Below are positions 57,555 through 64,000 of a stretch of DNA of 64,000 bases, piece by piece. The notes under the pieces were generated by a model. The model was given only the letters and a program-made list of their open reading frames with translations. It was not told the origin of the DNA and did no database searches. Within the stretch, counting starts at the first letter, position 1, and every line of letters begins with the position of its first letter. The DNA is from an uncultured virus (IMG/VR IMGVR_UViG_3300002161_000007) (lineage: Duplodnaviria > Heunggongvirae > Uroviricota > Caudoviricetes), in IMG/VR virus record IMGVR_UViG_3300002161_000007, positions 1-64,000 of that record; one strand, 5' to 3'. The position numbers and the translations under genes were made by a program.

Positions 57555-58987
57555 AAGTATTCTTTGGCGGAGCGGAAAAGGGGACGTATCGCAAGATGCT
57601 GTTGACGGCTGGCGTAACTCGCCATGCCCTCAACTTGACTCACTTCCCGATCCCTAAGAAGAAAGAACTAGACCTCAGTGCCTTGTTTAATGAGGGCGAG
57701 ATCATTGTGTACACATCAGAAAACGATGAGGACATAAACCGCTTTGACCAGTTCGTACGAGATCACGCAGATAATTTACACATTGTAATTGGTCGCCCTG
57801 ATTATGATGGCTCGTGGCTAGGTGAGAAGTACTACCCGCTGTGGAATGATGAGCAAGATCTGGAGCGCCTGACATGGTTGTGCCAGAAGTATGGTCGGGC
57901 GGCGGTCAGTGACAAGGCGGTCACAGGACGCAACATGGGGCGCATAGCGTCTATCGCACAGCGTTGGAACGCCAAATTGATTGGCATCACCTCAAAGCCT
58001 GACTTGATTGAGCGTGTGCCATGGGAAAGTGTCATCGTAGGCTCATGGACTAGCGCCATCCGCTACGGCGAGACACAAGTGTGGGACGGTCACGGGCTAC
58101 GCAGATACCCAGCACAGCAGAAAGAGTCCTCACGCAGGAAGCATCGTGCCGACATTGTTCGTCTCAATATTGATTTTGATGCTGTAATGGATGACAACGT
58201 ATCCGCAATCGGTAACCTTGCAATTGCTTCATGGCAACAATGGGAGACCCATACTTTTGGGGGCTATGACCCTATGAATGACGATGATGAGCAAGAGATC
58301 CTAACCCCAAATGATGGGCAGATAGTTGCTATACCCCCTGTAACGCATACCCCCACTTCTGTGGTTTCTGGGGGGTCAACTATTGCTATCAACACCCCAA
58401 CGAAGAGGCATGAGAGTGAGCGTGTATTGCTACCAGTAATGGGTGTAGAAACCATCACCTCCTTTGGCTCGCAAACCGTTGATACAGAAGGGGATTCTAT
58501 AGAAATTGATCCTGAAAAGATCAACGTAATTCGTTACAATGCGAACCCTTTACGCCAGTGCGATAGTTGCTATCTGAGCAATAGATGTCCTAGTTTCAAG
58601 GAACATTCAGAATGTGCATTTAAACTACCGATTGAGATCCGTACAAAGGATCAGTTACAGGCGGCGATGCGTGCACTTTTGGAGATGCAAGTAGGTCGTG
58701 TGATGTTCGCTCGCTTTGCAGAAGAACTGGAAGGTCAAGGTCTTGACCCAGCCTTGTCACATGAAATGGATCGCTTGTTTAACTTGATTGATCGCTTCAA
58801 GAACATCTCTGATACCCGTGACACCATCCGACTAGAGATGGAAGCCCGAGGATCTAGCGGTGTGCTATCTCGTTTGTTCGGTGCCAAGGCTGGGGAAACT
58901 AACCGCATGCTGGAAGGTGGCGGAATGGGACCAAATGCCACCAACGCTTTGTACTCAGATGTATTGGATCTCTCAGAAGATAATTGA
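57551..58987 (+). CDS. Fusion protein: degenerate TGT/DpdA-like domain, Cys4 cluster and helical C-domain
   Basis: PWESV..GSW.S..RYG; RQCDSC.....CP.......C.F; helical tail. Confidence 0.45.
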   Translation: MKVFFGGAEKGTYRKMLLTAGVTRHALNLTHFPIPKKKELDLSALFNEGEIIVYTSENDEDINRFDQFVRDHADNLHIVIGRPDYDGSWLGEKYYPLWNDEQDLERLTWLCQKYGRAAVSDKAVTGRNMGRIASIAQRWNAKLIGITSKPDLIERVPWESVIVGSWTSAIRYGETQVWDGHGLRRYPAQQKESSRRKHRADIVRLNIDFDAVMDDNVSAIGNLAIASWQQWETHTFGGYDPMNDDDEQEILTPNDGQIVAIPPVTHTPTSVVSGGSTIAINTPTKRHESERVLLPVMGVETITSFGSQTVDTEGDSIEIDPEKINVIRYNANPLRQCDSCYLSNRCPSFKEHSECAFKLPIEIRTKDQLQAAMRALLEMQVGRVMFARFAEELEGQGLDPALSHEMDRLFNLIDRFKNISDTRDTIRLEMEARGSSGVLSRLFGAKAGETNRMLEGGGMGPNATNALYSDVLDLSEDN

Positions 58988-59013
58988 CAAACACATAGTT
59001 CACCCTGTAATAT
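58984..59013 (+). promoter_or_regulatory. SigA-like promoter
   Basis: TTGACA-N18-TAATAT. Confidence 0.6.
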
Positions 59014-59041
59014 TCGCTATCTTTATGTAGTACGGGGGCTT

Positions 59042-59635
59042 ATGAACCGAGTAACGGATGTTGTCATTGATCTTGACGGCGTTGTCTACCCCTTTGCTGA
59101 CGCTTTCAAACAGTACTGCGTCCGAGAACTGCACATGAACCCCAAGCAATTGCCGTACCCTACCCGCTGGGAGTTCTACGAGGACTGGGGGATGACCCGT
59201 GAAGAGTTTGACGCTCACCTACTTCAAGCAACCATTAAGCACGATCTGTACGCCACCATGCCTCCCGAGTACAACGCCGACTACGCATGGAGTGTCATCA
59301 GAGAACTCAAACTAACGATTCATGTCGTAACTTTTAGACCACAAGAAGCCCACGAACAAACACGTAAGTGGCTAGACGCTCACAACCTTGCCCCTGACTA
59401 CCTGTGGTTCCCATCAACCACTAAGGGACAAGTCATTAAAGAGATCGGTAGACCAACCATTGCAATTGACGACAACGTGGAGTACTACCTAGACATGGAT
59501 AATGCTGGAGCGATGTCCATACTTCGCACACAACCATGGAACACTTACCAAGTTGATGCTGTGCGTGTTCCCAACCTTCGCAGTTTTGCTCAGATCATTA
59601 ACCTTCTCAATCCAAACAACGAGGTATACCTATGA
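59042..59635 (+). CDS. HAD-family 5'(3')-deoxyribonucleotidase-like
   Basis: IDLDGV, VT.R, T..WL, K, IDDN, PWN. Confidence 0.82.
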   Translation: MNRVTDVVIDLDGVVYPFADAFKQYCVRELHMNPKQLPYPTRWEFYEDWGMTREEFDAHLLQATIKHDLYATMPPEYNADYAWSVIRELKLTIHVVTFRPQEAHEQTRKWLDAHNLAPDYLWFPSTTKGQVIKEIGRPTIAIDDNVEYYLDMDNAGAMSILRTQPWNTYQVDAVRVPNLRSFAQIINLLNPNNEVYL

Positions 59636-59958
59636 GACCACCAACATTCAATAATCGCACAGACATTCTGACGGAGGCAGAGTTGCTCGTCAACGGTGAT
59701 CGCAATGACACATACGGTGATCCAATTGATGACTTTGCCACTACGGCAGAAATGTGGTCAACATACCTTCGCCGTGTTGTAGATAAGCGAGAGTCAACAC
59801 AACTCAAGCCACATGATGTCGCTGTCATGATGACCCTTCTCAAGATCTCTCGCATCTCATGGTCACCTGAGAAGCGTGACCACTGGGCAGACAGCGCTGG
59901 CTATATTGCTTGTGGTTGGGACTGCGTAGTTCGTGAAGAGGGGTACCACAATGCCTAA
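59632..59958 (+). CDS. DUF6378-like protein (dNTP diphosphatase-related helical fold)
   Basis: L.EA..LV.GDR...YG.P...F...A..W..YL, DVA.MM.LLKISR, D.W.D.AGY. Confidence 0.75.
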   Translation: MRPPTFNNRTDILTEAELLVNGDRNDTYGDPIDDFATTAEMWSTYLRRVVDKRESTQLKPHDVAVMMTLLKISRISWSPEKRDHWADSAGYIACGWDCVVREEGYHNA

Positions 59959-60382
59959 TGGTCACATGTACTTCAATGAGTGGAACGAACAAAACCCACA
60001 CAGTGAAAAGAAACCAAAGAAAGAACCAAACCACTGGACAATGGCACAAGAACTAGAGAACGAGCGTAGACGCTTGTCTAAAGCCCTTGGCATGATTCCA
60101 CAACTTGTTCAACAACAAACTGCGTCAACGCTGGCGGAGTTCTCGGCTCAAACGGAATTGTCTATGGCAGAGATCTTGCTAGACAATTGGGACATCATCC
60201 TTCAACTGGCTGTAGAGAACAAGCGTTTGTCAGGTGAAGTTGTGACCCTTCTCGGACAAATTGAAAAGATGAATGAGCAAGTAGAGCGCATGAGTACAGC
60301 GATCTACACGGCAATTGAAGCAACCATCAGACCGATTCGTGATAAACGCATTCACGATGAAATTCCAACGGAAGAGTTTTAG
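59951..60382 (+). CDS. Hypothetical coiled-coil protein
   Basis: GAGG RBS. Confidence 0.6.
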   Translation: MPNGHMYFNEWNEQNPHSEKKPKKEPNHWTMAQELENERRRLSKALGMIPQLVQQQTASTLAEFSAQTELSMAEILLDNWDIILQLAVENKRLSGEVVTLLGQIEKMNEQVERMSTAIYTAIEATIRPIRDKRIHDEIPTEEF

Positions 60383-60799
60383 TTGCCTCAGTTCGCAGAG
60401 GATTGGCGTAAGCAAGCACTCTGTAAAGACCGACACATTGATCTTTGGTACCCACCATTAGACACAGACGTACCAGAGAATTACTACACGATCTCTAGAG
60501 CCGTATGCAGACAATGTCCTGTATGGAAAGACTGCTTAGATGATGGCGTAGAAGAGAAATGGGGGTTGTGGGGCGGACTCACACCGCAAGAGCGAACAGC
60601 GCTTACTGTTGAACATCCGAAAGCAAGTGTACTTCGTGCACATGGTACATGGATGCGTTACAGACAAGGCTGTAGATGCACAGAGTGTGCAGACGCTGAG
60701 TCAAAAGAGATTAATGAAATAAACATTCTAGAGATTCCTAAGATGGGTACGGAACTGAATAATTTAGAGATGCTTAAGTTTCGGTTGATTCAGCCTTAA
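60383..60799 (+). CDS. whiB: WhiB-family regulator with an extra C-terminal HGT..Y..GCRC..C domain
   Basis: W...ALC, C..CPV...C, GLWGGLT..ER; TTG start. Confidence 0.85.
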   Translation: MPQFAEDWRKQALCKDRHIDLWYPPLDTDVPENYYTISRAVCRQCPVWKDCLDDGVEEKWGLWGGLTPQERTALTVEHPKASVLRAHGTWMRYRQGCRCTECADAESKEINEINILEIPKMGTELNNLEMLKFRLIQP

Positions 60800-60819
60800 T
60801 ACCTGTAAACTAGAAGGGT

Positions 60820-60864
60820 AACGCCCATAGAGTTCTTCATAGAATCCTGTGGGCGTTTTGCTTT
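60820..60864 (+). terminator. Long hairpin with U-tract
   Basis: AACGCCCATAG...CTGTGGGCGTT followed by TTGCTTT. Confidence 0.65.
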
Positions 60865-60888
60865 ATCCGCCTATCAAGGAGAAGAATA

Positions 60889-61386
60889 TTGTTAGATCGC
60901 TCGTTAGTTATCGTTGGACTCGTGTTCACATCAATCACATCGTTGTTGGTGGGGCTGGCTCCAAATAATCAACAGTCCGAAGTAGCAACAATTCAACTAA
61001 CACCACTAGTCCAATCGGTAGCACTAGAGGTAGTAAATGCAAAGGAATTGGCACCTGAACAAATGCCAACACCGAAAGGAATCCCGAAAGATAAGACAAA
61101 GCGTTGCCCACAATGGGAAGCCAAGTTCCGTGAATACGGCTTGCCTGTCGTTGCTTTTTCGTATATCAGTTGGCGTGAGTCCCGCTGTAATGAACTCGCA
61201 CACAACCGCACTTTAAACCGTGATAAATCACACGACCTCGGTCTGGTGCAGGTCAACTCCAGTTGGCGAACGGTCACGAGGAACATATGTGGCACCGACA
61301 TCACAGGATTATTCAATGTGGACTGCAANTTATCGGTAGCCAAATACCTGTACGACAATGGTGGTCTAGGTCACTGGAGACTGTAG
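60889..61386 (+). CDS. Membrane-anchored or secreted lytic transglycosylase (SLT/Rpf-like)
   Basis: N-terminal TM/signal, WRESRC catalytic ES, D.GL.Q.N..W, A..LY..GG..HW; AAGGAG RBS; one N at 61329. Confidence 0.8.
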   Translation: MLDRSLVIVGLVFTSITSLLVGLAPNNQQSEVATIQLTPLVQSVALEVVNAKELAPEQMPTPKGIPKDKTKRCPQWEAKFREYGLPVVAFSYISWRESRCNELAHNRTLNRDKSHDLGLVQVNSSWRTVTRNICGTDITGLFNVDCXLSVAKYLYDNGGLGHWRL

Positions 61387-61412
61387 ACATAACGTACACA
61401 AACAAGTAGGAT
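61384..61412 (+). promoter_or_regulatory. SigA-like promoter for the leaderless HTH gene
   Basis: TAGACA-N17-TAGGAT; ATG 6 nt downstream. Confidence 0.6.
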
Positions 61413-61418
61413 GTACAC

Positions 61419-61628
61419 ATGACAAATCAACTACAACCCGAACACTTGGCAGGCACTAGTGAGATCGCTGTAATACTTGGCGTAACCAAACAGCGCATCC
61501 ACGCCTTGCGTAAGCAGAAGAAGTTCCCACAACCGATCGCAAACTTGGCATCCACACCAATTTGGGATAAGCGTGACATTCAAGCATTCCTTGCTGAGTG
61601 GCGTCCATGGAAGGTCACACCACAATGA
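61419..61628 (+). CDS. AlpA/excisionase-like HTH protein
   Basis: L.G..EIA..LGV.KQRI.......FP.P...L...PIW....I. Confidence 0.8.
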   Translation: MTNQLQPEHLAGTSEIAVILGVTKQRIHALRKQKKFPQPIANLASTPIWDKRDIQAFLAEWRPWKVTPQ

Positions 61629-61762
61629 GCGACAAACGCCATTACGAATGCCCGCAATGCGGGAAGGTCATCACCGTATTTGTGAAGCCCTCGGTGCCAC
61701 CAACATGCACCAACCCTGACAGACATACCAGCGTCACTGTTGAAATGGTGGAGAAGAAGTGA
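61625..61762 (+). CDS. Small zinc-ribbon protein (45 aa)
   Basis: Own translation MSDKRHYECPQCGKVITVFVKPSVPPTCTNPDRHTSVTVEMVEKK; overlaps both neighbours by 4 nt. Confidence 0.65.
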   Translation: MSDKRHYECPQCGKVITVFVKPSVPPTCTNPDRHTSVTVEMVEKK

Positions 61763-62832
61763 GAATTGGCTTTGCCAGTGGTGACTACGTTCCAGTACAA
61801 CGCTCCACAGATGGTAAACAGCATTGGGGTGGCTCGGGCTGGGCACGCATTGGTCAGTATGTGGAGTGGTTGGAGCATTTTGAAAAAGATGTAATTGTAG
61901 GAGTGCTCACATGGAACAAGAACTACTTCTGCATCCGAGGTGCTAACGATGAGTTGATCCCCGTTGACATCATTGTGATGCAACGACTCATGCACGACTC
62001 ACTAGCCGATCACATTCACAAGGCTCGTGCTGTTGGACAAATTGTAATTAATGATTTAGACGACTGGTACTGGGGACTTGATCCAGCCAACGATGCATTC
62101 ATGTCATCGCACCCAAAGACCAACCCAAAAGAGAACCGAGATCATTACAAGAAGGTGCTCGCATCCAGCACGCTGGTCACCGTGTCAACTCCGTATCTTG
62201 CCGATCGCATCAAGTCGTTTGTGCATTGCCCAATCATCACATTGGAGAACACGGTAGACATCTCACGGTTTACTCCACATGTGCACACCGATAGTTCTGT
62301 TCCTGTAGTTGGGTGGGTGGGAGCCACGAGCCATCGCTCCAGTGACTTAGAGATCATGAAGGGGATCATCAACCCTTTAATCGCTAACAACGAGATTAAG
62401 TTCCATCACAGCGGTCACTACTCGCATGCACCATCAGTTGCCAGCAAGTTAGGACTGCACGAAGATCAGGTGACTGTTGCGAATGCAGTGGACGCCAAAG
62501 AATACCCATCGCTGTTGACCATGGACGTGGGTATCGCACCACTGCGTGATACGCCATTCAACCATGCCAAGAGCGACATCAAGTTGTTGGAGTACTCCTC
62601 CTCGGGGATTCCATGGGTTGGTTCATCTCTTTCAGCGTATGAGGCTTTGCGTGATAGTTGGGGAGTTGGTCGTACTGCGAGTAAACCATCGCAGTGGCTC
62701 AAGCATCTGAGGGATCTTCGGGATCCAGTCAGGCGAGCAGACGAGGGAGAGGCTTTGAGAGAAGCGGTGCGCTCACGAGACATCAGCCTCGGAGCACACC
62801 GCCTCAACTTACTTATTGAAGATCTTTCCTAG
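61759..62832 (+). CDS. GT-B glycosyltransferase
   Basis: IVMQR, DLDD, VTVSTPYL, N.VD, GWVG...H..DL, D.GIAPL...FN.AKS.IK.LEY...GIP. Confidence 0.85.
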   Translation: MRIGFASGDYVPVQRSTDGKQHWGGSGWARIGQYVEWLEHFEKDVIVGVLTWNKNYFCIRGANDELIPVDIIVMQRLMHDSLADHIHKARAVGQIVINDLDDWYWGLDPANDAFMSSHPKTNPKENRDHYKKVLASSTLVTVSTPYLADRIKSFVHCPIITLENTVDISRFTPHVHTDSSVPVVGWVGATSHRSSDLEIMKGIINPLIANNEIKFHHSGHYSHAPSVASKLGLHEDQVTVANAVDAKEYPSLLTMDVGIAPLRDTPFNHAKSDIKLLEYSSSGIPWVGSSLSAYEALRDSWGVGRTASKPSQWLKHLRDLRDPVRRADEGEALREAVRSRDISLGAHRLNLLIEDLS

Positions 62833-63174
62833 ATTCAGGCGATCAACCTTTTCAAGAGACTGCATATCTCTGCCACCCCATACGCCCCAGCGGATGTCGT
62901 TCTTGACGGCATAGCGTAGGCATTGGAATGAAACAGGACAGCCTTGGCATATCTCAATGGCTTGCTTTCTTTTTAATCGTATTTCTTTGTTATGCCCTAC
63001 TAATCCAGTAGCAAAGAAAGTAGTTGTGTCTTCATGTCGGCATGACGCATATTTGCGCCATGTACCTACTTCGGGGAACGGTAAAGGATCCATGATCTCT
63101 TTGTTAATGATTGTAGGTACATGAAGCGGGGGATTTGACTCCCCCGCATCGTTGTAGTAATCCCAGCGGTTCAT
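62809..63174 (-). CDS. whiB: WhiB-family regulator
   Basis: W...ASC......FF, A..IC.GCPV..QCL.YA......GVWGG. Confidence 0.88.
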   Translation of the reverse strand: MNRWDYYNDAGESNPPLHVPTIINKEIMDPLPFPEVGTWRKYASCRHEDTTTFFATGLVGHNKEIRLKRKQAIEICQGCPVSFQCLRYAVKNDIRWGVWGGRDMQSLEKVDRLNLGKIFNK

Positions 63175-64000
63175 ACGAGGACTACATCCTCCAAGATCCG
63201 AATGACCTGACGGTCAAACTCATCGGTCTTGCCGTTGAGTGCATTCATTGCGTTGCGCTCAACACGGCTGTCGTCCTTGCCACTCATGTGGTGTTGGTAG
63301 GTGTTGAATGCTTGCAACACTCCGAGACCAGTTCCCATCCATGGAGCGACTCGTGGGTCGTTCTTGTAGAGGTGACGGATCGCTTCCTGCTTGTTCTGTG
63401 AGCGACTGATCGCTTGTGGGCGAGCCTCACCTTCGGTACCAACAGGCACGAGACGATCCACGATGGCGTCCCACTCGGACTGGGTCACAGTGATTGACGA
63501 GAGGCGCTCAATCTCAAGCGACACCTCATCAGCCATGCTGTGAATGATTCCGAGAGCGTCACGGATGTCTTGAATGCGTCCGTTGCTGTACTTGCTGTGA
63601 CGAGTCTTGAACTCTGATCCCTGCTCACCGAGCGCTCCAGCGAGCGTGTTGTCGCAGACCACGGCGGTGACGACTCGCTTGAATGTTGTGGCAAGCGTGC
63701 CGTTGTGGCTCGTAGTTGCGAGCAAGTGTGGACGGAACTCAAAGCCCGCCTTGGTGCTGATTGTCTCAGGCATCTCAATGCTGACCCATGCGACACCGCC
63801 ACTGCGAAGCAAGCCCGCAGAACCGATCTGCAAGTTGCTGTCATCAATCACGTTTGCCACGGTGCCGAGCAACCACTCCTCGTACTGGTGGATCTGATAC
63901 GAATCCTTGAAGAGACCAAGCGTCTCGTAGTTGTCGTCACGAACGATTGCCTTGCGGTCATCCTGTGGGATGTACTTGAAGGTGCCATTGTTAGGCACTT
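63171..64000 (-). CDS. DUF932-family phage/plasmid protein, 5' end outside the window
   Basis: AIVR.D....LG.....Y..HQ, SAG.L..G, LL..TSH.G, VVCDNTL, RH; frame open to the window edge. Confidence 0.85.
   Translation of the reverse strand, partial: VPNNGTFKYIPQDDRKAIVRDDNYETLGLFKDSYQIHQYEEWLLGTVANVIDDSNLQIGSAGLLRSGGVAWVSIEMPETISTKAGFEFRPHLLATTSHNGTLATTFKRVVTAVVCDNTLAGALGEQGSEFKTRHSKYSNGRIQDIRDALGIIHSMADEVSLEIERLSSITVTQSEWDAIVDRLVPVGTEGEARPQAISRSQNKQEAIRHLYKNDPRVAPWMGTGLGVLQAFNTYQHHMSGKDDSRVERNAMNALNGKTDEFDRQVIRILEDVVLV

Larger units (their letters stand above)
1..64000 (+). mobile_element. Segment of a myovirus-type phage genome (Caudoviricetes), probable Actinomycetota host
   Basis: Terminase, portal, capsid, sheath, tube, baseplate and replication genes are densely packed; two WhiB genes; no host housekeeping operons; no integrase seen in the window. 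Confidence 0.96.

Noticed and set aside
57551..59958. Functional 7-deazaguanine DNA modification cluster
   Set aside because: The catalytic Asp motif appears absent and no folE/queC/queD/queE genes are in the window
61329..61329. X residue in the transglycosylase as a recoding event
   Set aside because: It is an ambiguous base (n) in the assembly
1..64000. tRNA/rRNA genes, introns, inteins, integrase, stop-codon reassignment
   Set aside because: None recognised by eye; core genes are intact under the standard code with all three stops used. tRNAscan and Infernal were not run

Overview
The whole window is part of a large dsDNA tailed phage genome with a contractile tail (myovirus). It most likely infects an Actinomycetota host: it carries two WhiB genes, an Rpf-like domain in the tape measure protein, and many apparently leaderless genes. 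Almost all genes are on the + strand. Order: duplicated Gly-rich fibre cassettes, 2OG-Fe(II) oxygenase, M15 endolysin, large terminase, metallophosphoesterase, proteasome-beta-like Ntn hydrolase, portal, scaffold, major capsid, neck, sheath, tube, chaperone, tape measure, baseplate (to about 36 kb). Next come a structured intergenic switch region, an HTH initiator containing lambda-like iterons, DnaC/DnaB/primase/SNF2/SSB/PolA/RecA/Cas4-like/UvsY-like genes, a clavaminate-synthase-like dioxygenase, SpoVS, a block of small disordered proteins, a degenerate TGT-like fusion, nucleotide enzymes, WhiBs, a transglycosylase and a glycosyltransferase. The most interesting unexplained signals concern translation control: (1) an approximately 90-nt structured element presenting an exact actinobacterial Shine-Dalgarno/anti-SD 11-mer in a loop, (2) many -10 boxes placed for leaderless mRNAs, (3) RBS-occluding hairpins that overlap promoters, and (4) a probable +1 frameshift in the tail chaperone. 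All family assignments come from motif recognition by eye; no database searches were run.
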